In this document: piece by piece, positions 50,277 through 63,815 of the stretch
Layout of the letters: each line of letters opens with the position of its first letter
How positions within the stretch are numbered: the stretch's first letter is position 1
Origin: Mizuhopecten yessoensis
Lineage: Eukaryota
Direction of reading: 5' to 3'
Assembly: GCF_002113885.1 (NCBI RefSeq)
Contig: NW_018406762.1
Location: 1,390,834 to 1,454,833 of the forward strand
Length of the DNA stretch: 64,000 nt
The notes under the pieces: generated by a model
The model's database searches: none
What the model saw: only the letters and a program-made list of their open reading frames with translations
What the model was told of the DNA's origin: nothing
Position numbers and translations under genes: made by a program

Positions 50277-52474
50277 GGTGTTGGCCCCTTCACAGAACAC
50301 GATAACACTTTACACACAAACTGTGAAATGCCACCATTTTGTTGTAAGCTTTAACTGTACACTGCCTTGTTCTCGGGTATATCACGTGATAAAATCAAAC
50401 GACAGATATGAGGTCCCAGACTCCTGGCTTTAGGCCAAAAACATAGATAAGTGTGTGCATGATAAACATACGTTACATTATATAGTAAAAATGTAATGAA
50501 GTCAAATATTTTCTGTAGCTATCGTTTACCGTTTTTAATAACAGACAGTTAATGGCCTAGTAGAAAAAGAAGAAAATAATGCATTGCACAAAGCTACAAT
50601 GTCACAACTGTCAAAAAACTATAAGGGTAGAGACCTTGACCTTATGAATGAAATTGTCAAGGTACTTATCACAGTCAGTGTTGTTTGCAGTATTACATAA
50701 CTTCAGGTTAAGAGATCTCTGGGTTGAAAATTGACATCTTCGTGGTATTTCATAAAATGATAAAATAAAAATGTCTAATAATTCGATCAATGTTCTTATA
50801 TACCGCTTTATCACACACTAGGTCGTAGGCCGTTTAAAAATAGGTTTACAAACTCTGATGTTTTGTTATGATATGCATCTCTTGCTTGAATCAATAGAAC
50901 CTCTAGAAAATCTAAACAGAAATATTTTCCCAAAGAAGAACATCTGAAATTTTTCAGTCGTCTACATGAAGCAAACCAAAAATATATCAAATTGACTGAT
51001 TGATGACGGAGTTTGCATTCCAGAACCCCCCCCCCCCCCTCCACTTGAGGCCTCAATATATTCCTTTGTTAGTTTCATTCCGATTTTATCAAACAAAACA
51101 CATACAAAAGGAGAGTTATTAACCATGACACAGCGTTCAGTTTATAAACACCTGTCTCGTACTGAGTCTAAACGACAATGCGGATCTGTCACACGAGTTA
51201 ATTCCCGTAAGACAGTCACCAGGTGATCATAAACTACTGCAATGTCGTTGGCAAAACAGAAGAAATATGAAGGTGATATTGTGTATCAAATAATAGGATT
51301 AAGGATAAAAATATACCGTCTGAAATGTCTCGGTGAAGAGGAACGCACAGCCAAGGGAATGACAAAAAGTGTAATTGAAAATCAATTGGGATACCAAGCC
51401 TACTTATAATACCTTTAGAGCAAAGCAATAACAAGTATAAAACTATTTGATTCGGAGATTTAATAATCAATTCTCTAGTAACTCTGTCAATAAAGCCAGT
51501 TTATCACTTTATAACTAAAAACTACACAGTAATGAATTACTTTCACGTAAATCTTAGAAATATAAAAAACACTATGTGTTAAAGAAATAAGTATCATGTG
51601 TACGTCTGTATTGAACTTTGTATGTTATATGGCACTGTGTATGATAACTTTTTTTTCTTTTAAGTTTTGTTTAAACTTTTCCAGGTACAAGGTGGTAGAC
51701 TGTGCTGGTGGATTTCCTAGTCCCTGATGTGTGCCTTATCCTTGGTAGTCGCAGTGATTTCTTTTGATAAGTGGCACGGTCATAAACTACAAATTTTACT
51801 CATTATAAAATTCAAAATAAACCAGTACTCTTCTATATTACATTTATCGTAAACACTATATGTAACGTCGTTAGATATATATATAATTCAATTATTGACT
51901 GTAAGTGATTGTTTTATGACGTGACACGAAATGCCGTTTGATAATGTGACGTACCCACAGAACTGCCGTCATCTGGGCCCTGAGTGTCAGATCATTTTAA
52001 AACCGTCTTCATTCATCCCGGATTTTTCCAGATTGTAAAGAATGATCATCCTCTTGTTGTTATATTTAAATATGAGGTACTTGCATTAAAAATGTCTTTT
52101 TTTTCGGAAATTTTCGAACTGCTATTGTGCATTTTGATTTATTTTGGTAGGAGGCTTCATATTTCAGTAGACAAATCCCTGTTTTTTTGTTTAGATTTCG
52201 GTTTATTTTCTGGTTTACATTGATATAAGGTCGTATTTGTTTTTGTTTGATTATGATTCACGATTCGACATTCTTTTGCTTTCTAATTCCTTGATATTTG
52301 TTGCTTTTGTAGTCAAACTATGTAAACATGTTATTAATTTCGATTTAGAAACACAAATGTTAAAATCGTTCACAACTCTGCAATAACATGATAACATTAT
52401 ATAGAAGCATTTATTCCGTTGATGCCAGTCATAGGTTTTAAATTCGGGTTTTTTCATCAAGAACTAATATTCAC

Positions 52475-52630
52475 ATTTAAAGGGAAATATACAGCTGTAT
52501 ATCAGCGAAATCCCGCGAAAATATTTTCATTTAAAGGGAAATAAACCGCGGTATATCAGCGAAATCCCGCGAAGATATTTTCATTTAAAGGGAAATAAAC
52601 CGCTGTATATTAGCGAAATCCTGCGAGGAT
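52475..52630. repeat. 54-bp tandem repeat, 3 copies
   Basis: atttaaagggaaata.acc/agc.gtatat.agcgaaatcc.gcga at 52475, 52529 and 52583. Confidence 0.9.
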
Positions 52631-53217
52631 TGTAGTATTATGCCGTTATCTCTACATTTACGTGATAGCAAAGTACGCCGACAAGGGTTGAGGCAGGTGC
52701 TGACATGTACAGCTAGGTCAGCGACGCTTAACACGTACAGCATGTTAATCGCCATTTGTTTATAGACTTGAGAGAAGATGTTGTTTATGTAGGCACAATG
52801 CAAAAAAGATAGTCAAATCATCCGTTACTTATACACTGGTAAATGAAAGAGTACTGGTTGTCTTACGGAGGTGTTAACTCTCGTGGAAACGCAAAGATCT
52901 CACACAACTGCCGGGGTAGTGCTAGGTTCCCCCAGAGCTAAAACGACACAGTGTAAAAGGGGAAACAACCACGGCACGTTTTAGGCGGTAACGGTCTAGG
53001 AAAGTTAAAATTAGAAAGGTGAGCAACAGAAGGTTGGAAATAAATGTCTTTTGTACTTTGGTGGAATGTGTTACATGTGACGCATATTTATGTTTTATAT
53101 AGGATTTAGGTAGTCCTCAGTTACTGATGTAGACTGATGTGGACACAGACAAATGTCAAATATGCGATTAAATTGGTCTCGAGATGGGAACATATCTAAT
53201 GGTAGCGATTCTTCGGC

Positions 53218-54730
53218 ATGTTGAATGGTGTGATATAATGTTTAATGGTGTGTTACGGTGTTTAATGGTAGGTTTTCATTTTTAATGGTCTGTTATAATT
53301 TTAAATGGTGTGAAATAATCTTTAATGGTGTATTATAATGTTTAATGGCATGGTATAATGTTTAATGGTATGTTATAATGTTACACGGTGTGTTATAATA
53401 TTAAATGGTGGGAAATAATGTTTAATGGTGTATTATAATGTTTAATGGTATGTTATGATGTTTAATGCTGTGGTATAATGTTTAATGGTGGGATATAATG
53501 TTTAATGGTGTATTATAATGTTTAATGGTATGTTATAATGTTAAGCGGTGTGTTATAATATTAAATGGTGTGAAATAATGTTTAATGGTGTGTTATAATG
53601 TTTAGTGGTGTGATATAATGTTTAATGGTGTGTTATAATGTTTAGTGGTGTGATATGATGGCAATTGGTATGTTATGATGTTTAATGCTGTGTTATAATG
53701 TTTAATGGTATGTTACGATGTTTAATGGTAGGTTTTCATTTTAAGGTTCTGTTATAATTTTAAATGGTGTGAAATAATGTTTAATGGTGTATTATAATGT
53801 TTAATGGTATGTTATAATGTTTAATGGTGTGATATAATGTTTAATTCTGTGTTATAATGTTTAATGGTATGTTATAATGTTAAACGGTGTGTTATAATAT
53901 CAAATGGTGTGAAATAATGTTTAATGGTGTGTTATAATGTTTAATGGTGTGTTATAATGTTTAGTGGTGTGATATAATGTTTAATGGTGTGTTATAATGT
54001 TTAGTGGTGTGATATGATGGTAATTGGTATGTTATGATGTTTAATGCTGTGTTATAATGTTTAATGGTATGTTATAATGTTAAACGGTGGGTTATAATAT
54101 CAAATGGTGTGAAATAATGTTTAATGGTGTGTTATAATGTTTAGTGGTATGTTATAATGTTTAATGGTATGATATAATGTTTAATGGTGCGTTATAATGT
54201 TTAGTGGTATGTTATAATGTTTAATGGGGTGATATAATGTTTAATTCTGTGTTATAATGTTTAATTGTATGTTCTAATGTTAAACGGTGTGTTATAATAA
54301 TAAATGGTGTGATATACTGTTTAATGGTGTGTTATAATGTTTAGTGGTGTGATATGATGCTAATTGGTATGTTATGATGTTTAATGCTGTGTTATAATGT
54401 TTAATGGTATGTTACGATGTTTAATGGTAGGTTTTCATTTTAATGGTCTGTTATAATTTTAAATGGTGTGAAATAATGTTGAATGGTGTATTATCATGTT
54501 TAATGGTATGTTATAATGTTTTATGGTGTGATATAATGTTTAATTCTGTGTTATAATGTTTAATTGTATGTTATAATGTTAAACGGTGTGTTATAATAAT
54601 AAATGGTGTGATATAATGTTTAATGGTGTGTTATAATGTTTAGTGGTATGTTATAATGTTTAATGGTATGATATAATGTTTAATGGTGTGTTATAATGTT
54701 TAGTGGTATGTTATAATGTTTAATGGTGTG
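53218..54730. repeat. 20-bp minisatellite array (~1.5 kb)
   Basis: Consensus tgtttaatggtgtgttataa with recurring variants. Confidence 0.95.
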
Positions 54731-56212
54731 TCATCAAATGTTATCCTACATGTACATACCAATTTGGGGCGCGTACCAATGAAAGTCGACGTTTAAGTAT
54801 TTCATCTAATTATAACTTTAGTTATTACTATCTTATAAATCTACTTGTTCATGGTTCCTTTCCTCAGTATTATTGTTTATATTTATTGGGTTAGTCAAGC
54901 TCCTTACCTTAATTTGGGTGATAATTATATCATTTGGCCAACCGGTTACTTCTTTCGATGTGAAATTCTGGTACATTTTACTGATAATGCATTTTCGTCG
55001 TTTCTGCTACAAAAGATTAATGTCATCAGTATAGAATAGTAATTTGTAGCGACTATGGTATTCCTCATCTCGGATGAGTTTGATAATATTTTAAAGAGTT
55101 CTATTCCTTAGGTAAAATCAACTTTACCAATTCAAAACTCAAACAAATAGGAAATTACATAATCGACTATGTTGATGGTCTCTTCAAAATCTTATAAAAC
55201 CACTCCACTTTAATATTCGTTTGCCGTTTGACATTTTTATAATATCAGCAAAAATGTATCAAGCAGGTATCGGTTGAGTATGATCCTTTATGCCTAGATT
55301 GGTTCACGCATAATACAAAATATTGTTTCATAGAAAATGGATAGTTTTTCTCTAAAGTCTTAGCACAACGTTCATATACTGACCGTATATGTTTACCTTC
55401 CTAAGATATGGTTTCCTTAAAAAATGGAGAGTGAGTAACTTTAGCCGACCTTAGTGCGGTCTTTACGAAGAGCTACATTACATAACAAACATTCGTTGAT
55501 CTGCACGGTTTTCTAATAAAAGTGGATCAGCGCCGTCATTTTGGTGACAGAGAGTCATTTTTACAGTACGCAGGTTAAATTTGGGTCCACGACACGACCC
55601 TCATGTAAACGCCGTCTGTGATTATGTAATCATTTTATAGGCGTTTTACGCATTTCTCAAGATTAACAGTATCCCTGTCGTACCTTGTTTCGTAGAAACT
55701 ATGTCATGTATTATTATATAGCTTTAAATACAGACAGGAGACAGTTTTAACTATATAAAAACACAAATAGTTAATGCAAATATAACTTGCACGAATATCG
55801 TGAACAGGGAAGTCAACATCATGTGTAGGGCACGATAAACTACATGTTCATGTAACAAAAAATTTGGATATATTAAGATATTTTGCCTAAGTTGGACAGA
55901 TTACAGAATAAGTACATACCTTTATCATACAAAGAACAGACGTTATAGACTGAAAAAAAGCTTCAAAGAAATTCGTTAGGGAAATTTTTCACCGGATTGA
56001 TTTAAACAGGACCTACTCCTTTCTGAATGATGTAAATACATGTATAAGGATCTTCTTATGAACACAAATATATTTTTCAAAATGTCTATTTATTTCCGTT
56101 GGTATCGAACTCGTGAAGGTGTGACAAAAATTGGACTGAAAACTGTTCTTGCAAATACATCGTGTCTTAATGTACCATCGCTGAAAGGTTGTCGCTCCAA
56201 TCTGAGATGTCC

Positions 56213-56401
56213 TATTCCGTCTTTGCGTATTGCAGAGTTATCTTCTGTTGTGAGCAGGTATTGATTGTTACGTCCTTGGTTTGTGTGAGAAAATTACGTC
56301 GTTTTCTCATAAATTGATGACGCTACTCTCACAAACAAATGACGTAACAATCAATATCTGCTTAAAGATAAGATAAGTCTGCAATACGCAAAGACGGAAT
56401 A
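56213..56401. mobile_element. 189-bp palindromic MITE
   Basis: tattccgtctttgcgtattgcaga..tatct...gcaggtattgattgttacgtc is mirrored by gacgtaacaatcaatatctgc...agataagtctgcaatacgcaaagacggaata; TA at both ends. Confidence 0.8.
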
Positions 56402-57099
56402 CGTCTGTTGAAGATATAAAGAAATATGAACAATTTGCTTTAGTCGAACAGAGGTATAAGGACTATAAGGGTATGGTATAGCCCCCAATTCAAGGTTTCT
56501 TAATAGCAAGTTGAGTAAACGTGCTCAGCGCTAGTAAATGTGTTTTCTAAGGTGACTAATACAAGTAAAATAGCCAACCAACAAATGTTATAAAGATTAA
56601 AGATGTATGATAAGTTTAAAGTTCCTATAGAAAAAAACCTCACTTTAAAACTGTGTCCCTGAGGAATTTAAATGCGGAGTTGGTGAAATCTAGAATGTTA
56701 TTAGTATTGGCTAAATCTATAAGTACTAAGCATATATTAAATTATATATGGCCAAGGATGTTGCAAACAGAACAAACAAATATATCGTATATTGACAAGC
56801 GCAATACGGAAGGCAGCTAAAGGCATATTGACCTATTGTGCCTTCTCCTACAAATTCTAATAAATATAACTCGCTCAAATGACAATTGTAACTGGTACGA
56901 CAACGCATTGCAACTCAACTACACAACACAACAGGTTTTAAAAAACCGCACAAACTAAGACAAAATAGCTAGGCAAAATAAGAGCAAAGTTACTTGGAAG
57001 CTTTGAAAAAGAACAAGGAGGATATGACGAGGTATTCTGGTAGGATTAGCGTCTTTCGTTTCATCGACGACACCCGCCATGTAAATTTAAGTCCATTTG

Positions 57100-58175
57100 T
57101 CATGACAAAACTGAAGGCTCGAAGCTAGATATTTTATTGGTTTCAGGTAAAAAGTGCCCATTGAAGGCAACAGAGGAGCGACAACTGACTTCAAAGCCAG
57201 TCAATTTTTACCGTTACGTTTCTTGGTGATTCGTTTGGTGTACATAAAAAGATCAAACCAGTCTACCTGTATCAGCTGTGGCACGTATATGGCCTTCCAT
57301 TTTATCATGTCAAATTTCAGGAGTGCAGAGAACGTAAGCGAATATAACCCCAGGATTTCAAAGTTAATATAGATCTCAAATCCAAGAAATATTAGGTCCT
57401 CTTATCGATTACCAGTGTAGTGATATCGAAACCACAAGGCACACTGATAGTAATGAAAATTTTGACATTCATAAATCACAAAGTGACAGCATATTTCCCA
57501 ATGAGATCATGATTGCGAACATTAATCAATATCCACTCTGCTTCTTGTTATAAACTGCTATTGCAATTCTTCTCATTCAGTTCGAAATATAGGTAACTGA
57601 TTTAATCATAAACATTTAACAGTATCTTGAATGTTTTCTTTTGTTTCATATGAATACATTTTTCATTTCTACTGATTAAGCCAGTGATGATAGTAAGGGT
57701 GAAGAGTTCGACTGCAAATAAAATTCATATTAACCAATATGATAACAAAAACATGTTATCATTAATGCATCTATCAATAATATTTCGTTTCTATTTATCT
57801 ATAGTTCAAGTCTATAGAATGTCAGTTTCATGTTAACTGACTGAGAAATCTCACGTCTGAACAGTTAAAGCTCTATAAATACCATCCTTGATATTCCACA
57901 CTTACGATCTTTGCACCCAATGGAATATGTAATGACAAAAATGAAGGTACAAGATAATCGGTTTGATTGGTTTCAGGTAAATTAATCCGACTCATCGCTG
58001 GGTTGATGCATGCCCTTTGAAAACTACAGAGGAGGACCACCCGACTTTAAAGCCGGTTAATTTTACTTTCGATGTACATCAAAAGATCAAACAAGTCTTT
58101 TGTATGAACTACATGTTAGGTGGCACGTACTGAACCTTCAATTTCGTCATGACATGTTCCAGGGGTGCAGAGAGA
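57100..58175. repeat. Diverged direct repeat pair (~57100-57335 and ~57932-58175)
   Basis: Shared ordered anchors: atgacaaaa.tgaagg, attggtttcaggtaaa, acagaggag, aaagcc.gt.aatttt, gtacat.aaaagatcaaac, gtggcacgta, gtgcagaga. Confidence 0.7.
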
Positions 58176-58519
58176 GCGTAATACTTGGGAGTATTATTAT
58201 TATCTATATTTCTCTAAGTGAAGATTACGATGCATTCCATATTAATAAAGACAAAACAATATAATGATGAAATCGGAGGATCGGATAAATATTACACAAT
58301 TGTAACATAAAAAATGTTTATCATGTATGGACTAGAGGTAAAGTATACGTACATTATATATTCACCTTAACAGATATATTAGCACGTGCATACATAAATA
58401 AAGTGTCATGAATATGCTTGTTCATTGTAGCTACCCATTAAACTCAGTTATATACAGGGTTACTCTCAAATCAGCTGCTTTTAGACATTTACCACAAAAC
58501 ATTGTTAAGACATTTACCA

Positions 58520-59750
58520 CAAAAGTAATTATAAATTCTTCAAATTCATTATTGATACCACACTGAAGTTAATTCGCCTCCAAGCAAATGATACATAATT
58601 TCATCTTCAGGTAATGAATGTATATAATGAATAAATGTCAGGTCGTCTTCATTGGCTATATCCATCTATTTTATCTTATCTCCAATAGAATCCGTTAAAC
58701 CGCGTCTTTATACAACATGTTTTGCATTATCTTGGTAGAGCTCACCAAATCTTTGACAAAGGTCTATAGCATTACTATTAAATCCTATAAGACTACAGCA
58801 CATAATGGTACGGGTTCTTCCGTCAAAAACCTTGTATAGAGTTTACTGCAAAAATGTGTGCCCATTCTAACACAAGAATTTCTATTCGTGACAAATACCA
58901 AAGTTTGCAACCATACAGTGCCGAAGCATGCACAACATGTTTGATAAATGTACATGAAGTAAGCGGGTTTAAAGCTCTTGGAATGTATCCCAGCCCCTAT
59001 GAGAAACATAATACCTCACTTTATCTTGCAACATGCTCTTGAGGTGGGATTTAAATAATTCAATTTCGAGTTTAACGCAACAACATGAGTTATGGCTTCA
59101 ATATATGGTAACGGATTCCTAAAAAGATACATTGTGTCATTAAATTATAGTTTACATTTGGTAGTATGGAATCTCTTTAACTTAGTCTTAGTTGCAGAAA
59201 ATACCAATCTCCATTTCTTGCTATAGCATTCTCATAGACTCAGCAAGCAATGTGATATCGTCAGCTTAAGTAGGAACATTTGCAGGTGCGACCATTACAG
59301 TGCAACATTTACCGCTCCTCTTTATTTGATTCAGTAGATCATTAATGAGACTAATGAATTTTTCACAGACAATGCACTTCCCTGTAAGATACAGCTTTGG
59401 ACATTAACCCACCTCGCTTCAAGGCTGTAAGCTACTATACAAATCTTTTTACGTCAGAAAAAAGACATTTTAAGGTAACCGATGTCTTTGATTTTAGTCC
59501 TATTTTATGCAACTTTTACAACAATCCAGCATGCCCTAACAGAATCAAAAGCCTTGTTACTGACTAGAAATGCTTCATCAGCAAGTTCCTTATTTCCAAA
59601 ATTATACTTTATGCAATCTTGTAATAAAAAGATGTGCAAAAGCTACAAAGTTGTTTTTATATGTTGTTTGTTTTTTGTTTGGAAAAGCTTTCGATCTCAC
59701 CATATCCATTTTTCATTCATCCTGAATATGGTCAGAGAAGGAGTTAGACC
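58520..59750 (-). mobile_element. Highly decayed LINE (L2/CR1-group) reverse transcriptase remnant
   Basis: Manual minus-strand translation across frameshifts gives FPNKKQ..., LQDCIKYN, AFLVSNKAFDSV.HAGLL*KLHKIG, ILQGSALS, INDLLNQI, *ADDITLLA, YSKKWRLVFSATK and LNPLTSCTFIKHVVHASALYGCKLW, in the expected RT and post-RT order. Confidence 0.75.
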
Positions 59751-60323
59751 ACGTTAGTTTGTAATACTATGATGTGTATGTTAATCGTTATCGTCACATC
59801 GTCATACAATGTCGAGGTTTTACGCAAAATCGTACATTCTATGATGTTATATATGTAACGCTACCGAAACCTTTATGGTAGATGTTTCAATGATTTTCCG
59901 TCCTCCGGCGATCGATACCGCCTGAGGCGTACTCTTGTTGCCGTATTTCAAATGTATTTCAACATCACTGTCTAGACAAAATGAAACGTTATGATGTATT
60001 ATTTCAAATGTTTGTGTTATTTTATGCATTCGTATAGAATGCGGCAATACAAATTGTATTCGTTAGTTTTCAGATAGCATTATCATATATCACATATTAT
60101 CCCATAATTGATTATTAATTCTGTTGTCACAAAGCTTCATTTAATATTTCATCAGCATACATGTATATTCTTTTGAGTAATAGCGATAGTTTGATCCAAT
60201 AAAGGCGCTAGGACAGATCAAGCCATTAATTGTTTGTTTGATTCGCATTTCAGAATTAAAAAAAAATAAACTTCATTTATTTTACAATTGTGATAAAAGT
60301 TCTGCCAACGTACATTATTTGTG

Positions 60324-60885
60324 TTTATTATATGACTGGTGCTTATTCTAAGCCCCGATTGGAGGAGCGAGGTCATGTGACGAGTCTGTAAATATGTTAC
60401 AGACCTCGTTCTATGAATAGAAAAGTGTTACAGACCTCGACCTATGAATAGAAAAGTGTTACAGGTAATGTACCAGCCCGATTGTAATTCTGTTACCAAT
60501 CACAATATTGAATTCAACTACAGATGAATTATCAAATAAATTCTGTACTGTGTGAATATTGATGATGTCGATTGTGCAAATAATATTTACTTGAAATTAA
60601 ATATCACATGAATTGAATGTGAAATTGTTGTGTATGCTATTTTGTATTTGATGTCCTTCACTCTGTGATTCCAAAATGGTCCATGCCATCCATTTGTTTA
60701 CGACATAAAAAAGATTAATCTCATTGTAAAATGTCATATAATAAAAAATTGTGGACTTCAGTGTCGGTCTATCCCTGATTTACGGACCTGGTCTGAACAA
60801 TATTTACCTCGGCCTTCGGCCTCTGTGAATATTGTTCAGACCAGGTCCGTAAGTCAGGAATAAACTTCACCAGAAGTCCATAATT
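60324..60885 (+). mobile_element. Second hairpin-terminated non-autonomous element (Crypton-like architecture)
   Basis: Perfect 13-bp inverted repeat tttattatatgac (60324-60336) / gtcatataataaa (60733-60745), followed directly by a ~139-bp palindrome (60747-60885) with loop ctcggccttcggcctc. Confidence 0.55.
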
Positions 60886-62452
60886 GTATAATATTGATCA
60901 CTTTTATTGACCCGGATGGTAGTGTGCAGGGGGTCTTAATGTGGGAGGAAACCGAAGTAACTGGAACAAACCAACACGGTAAGTATTATATTCTAAATAT
61001 TCACTAACTGAGCTAATATTTCCACATAGAGCTAGCAAATAAACGTATATTTATGTTCTGCTTGTAGCCAAAATGACATGTACCTCCGAATACCGTTCAA
61101 AGATGGATACTTGCATGTAAGTATTTCCACATTTCTTATGATTTTAACGACACGTTATTTTAAATTTGAATGAACAGCCTCATCCTCTCAGTTTATTATA
61201 CCTTCTTAATATAAAAACGTGTCTGATTTGGTTGATGTTGATCTCATAACAGGGAGTTAAACATATTTGCATCATGCACTAAAATTTCCTGATTATATTT
61301 CCCTTATTTGGAGTTTCTCAAAATAGGAATGCTCTTTTGCAGTAAAAGGAGATATGTATTGCTCTTTGTAATATAAGGACAGCTAATAACGACCGTTGTA
61401 TTTAGATAGAGCAGATACAATGTTGTAGTCAGGCATTGTGTGCTGTTGAAGTTGGGCGTATATTACATTTTATTTACACGTGCTTCCATAAGCTGTAATA
61501 ACTGCTACGTAGGTGTATTCGTGTCTCCATTTAACATGTATCCGACACACCTCGATACTAACAAAGCCAATGTGTCTGCTTCTGTATCGAAGAATTGTCT
61601 GCACGTTTGTTTGTATCACCTTTTTATCAATAGTAATAACTGTATTCACATATCCCCCTGTGTCCATAATATTTTTATACTTAACATTTGAAACTGTTGC
61701 TCTAAGGGACCTCATATCGATGAAGTACGTGCTCATGCATGGTGGTACAAGATTTCTGACAAACGCGAATGCAATTTGCCATCTTCAAACCCAAAGGATT
61801 TGGTAATCTGCAAATCAACGGTCAAAAGAGGTACAAATATACGCTTATTGATAAAGGACAGTGTAAATGATTTTGTTTTGATTTACTCCATTCTGTCTCA
61901 ATGTTTATCAATGACAATACACAAAATAGCATCACTGATAAACCCTAGTCTTGAAATCGCTTGACGTCGATGGTCAATAATCTTTGATCTCTACCACAAC
62001 TCGATTCAATCACAAGAACGCTTGAAATTATGGTCAATGGAAATGGATATCTACTGAAACGCTAAATTGAAAAATATCATTATTAGGGGATTCATGCGCT
62101 AACAAGACACATTGCATTCATCCAAAATCGATTAGATGTTATTTTATATGTCCACTCAGGAACAAACATCCAAGTCACAAGGGACCATCAGCTGTGTTTA
62201 CCTGTGTTTTAGAGGAAATTATCATTGACGATGAAATTGAAAAAAAACGTGGGGGATATTTTCTATATTGACATTTATACCATTGGGGAATATGATGAGT
62301 GGGAGAAACAAAGACATTGAGGTAGAGGATGACCGACCGGCGTCCCCAAAAGATTCACTGATACATGTAAAAACTTGACAACATCATGTGTTTATCAAGA
62401 AGCAAAACATATCAACAGTTCGTGTGTTAAATGGTGTGAAATAATGGGTAAC

Positions 62453-62638
62453 GGTGTGTCATCAAATGTTATCCTACATGTACATACCAATTTGGCGCGT
62501 GTACCAATGAAAGTCGACGTTAAAGTATTTCATCTAATTATAACTTTAGTTATAACTATCTTATAAATCTACTTGTTCATGGTTCCTTTCCTCAGTATTA
62601 TTGTTTATATTTATTGGGTTAGTCAAGCTCCTTACCTT
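62453..62638. repeat. Near-identical duplicate of 54725-54910 (flank of the 20-bp array)
   Basis: ggtgtgtcatcaaatgttatcctacatgtacataccaatttgg...gtcaagctccttacctt is present twice with few mismatches, preceded here by ~2 units of the 20-bp repeat. Confidence 0.85.
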
Positions 62639-62714
62639 TCAACCCACTTTTTCAATGAATAGCTAAAAATGACTGACGGATGTCCGGAGATTTGTTCATT
62701 AATATGTTTAGGTA

Positions 62715-63815
62715 AATAAACAAAGGGTAATTTCTATAAATAAACAAAGGGTAATTTCTATAAAAATAATAATTTCTATACAAAGAATAATCTCTTTACA
62801 AAGAGCAATTTCTATACAAAAATAAATTTGTTTACAAAGAGTAATTGTATACAAAGAGTAATTTCTATACAAAGATTAGTTTCTATGCACAGAGTAATTT
62901 CTGTACAAAGAGTAATTTCTATACAAAGAGTAATTTCTATAAAAAGAGTAATTTCTGTACAAAGAGTAATTTCTATACAAAGAGTAATTTCTATAAAAAG
63001 AGTAATTTCTATACAAAGAGTAATTTCTATACAAAGAGTAATTACTATAAAAAGAGTAATTTCTGTACAAAGAGTAATTTCTATACAAAGAGTAATTTCT
63101 ATAAAAAGAGTGATTTCTATACAAAGAGTAATTACTATAAAAAGAGTAATTTCTGTACAAAGAGTAATTTCTATACAAAGAGTAATTTCTATAAAAAGAG
63201 TGATTTCTATACAAAGAGTAATTACTATAAAAAGAGTAATTTCTGTACAAAGAGTAATTTCTATACAAAGAGTAATTTCTATAAAAAGAGTGATTTCTAT
63301 ACAAAGAGTAATTTCTATAAAAAGAGTAATTTCTGTACAAAGAGTAATTTCTATACAGAGTAATTTCTATGCAAAGAGTAATTTCTATAAAAAGAGTAAT
63401 TTCTATACAAAGATTAGTTTCTATACAAAGAGTAATTCCTGTACAAAGAGTAATTTCTATACAAAGAGTGATTTCTATAAAAAGAGTATTTTCTATACAA
63501 AGAGTAATTTCTATACAAAGAGTGATTTCTGTACAAAGAGTAATTTCTATACAAAGAGTGATTTCTATACAAAGAGTAATTTCTATAAAAAGAGTAATTT
63601 CTGTACAAAGAGTAATTTCTATACAAAGAGTAATTTCTATAAAAAGAGTAATTTCTATACAAAGATTAGTTTCTATACAAAGAGTAATTTCTATACAAAG
63701 AGTGATTTCTATACAAAGAGTAATTTCTATACAAAGATTAGTTTCTATACAAAGAGTAATTCCTGTACAAAGAGTAATTTCTATACAAAGAGTAATTTCT
63801 ATTCAGAGAGTAATA
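62715..63815. repeat. 18-bp minisatellite array (~1.1 kb)
   Basis: Unit agtaatttctatacaaag; a 5-unit (90-bp) higher-order repeat recurs around 63040-63310. It produces the QRVISI/KSNFYT/YRNYSL ORFs. Confidence 0.95.

Noticed and set aside
51990-52460. Short ORF MMKKPEFKTYDWHQRNK... with coding-like neighbourhood
   Set aside because: Only 69 aa with multiple stops nearby and no recognisable domain.
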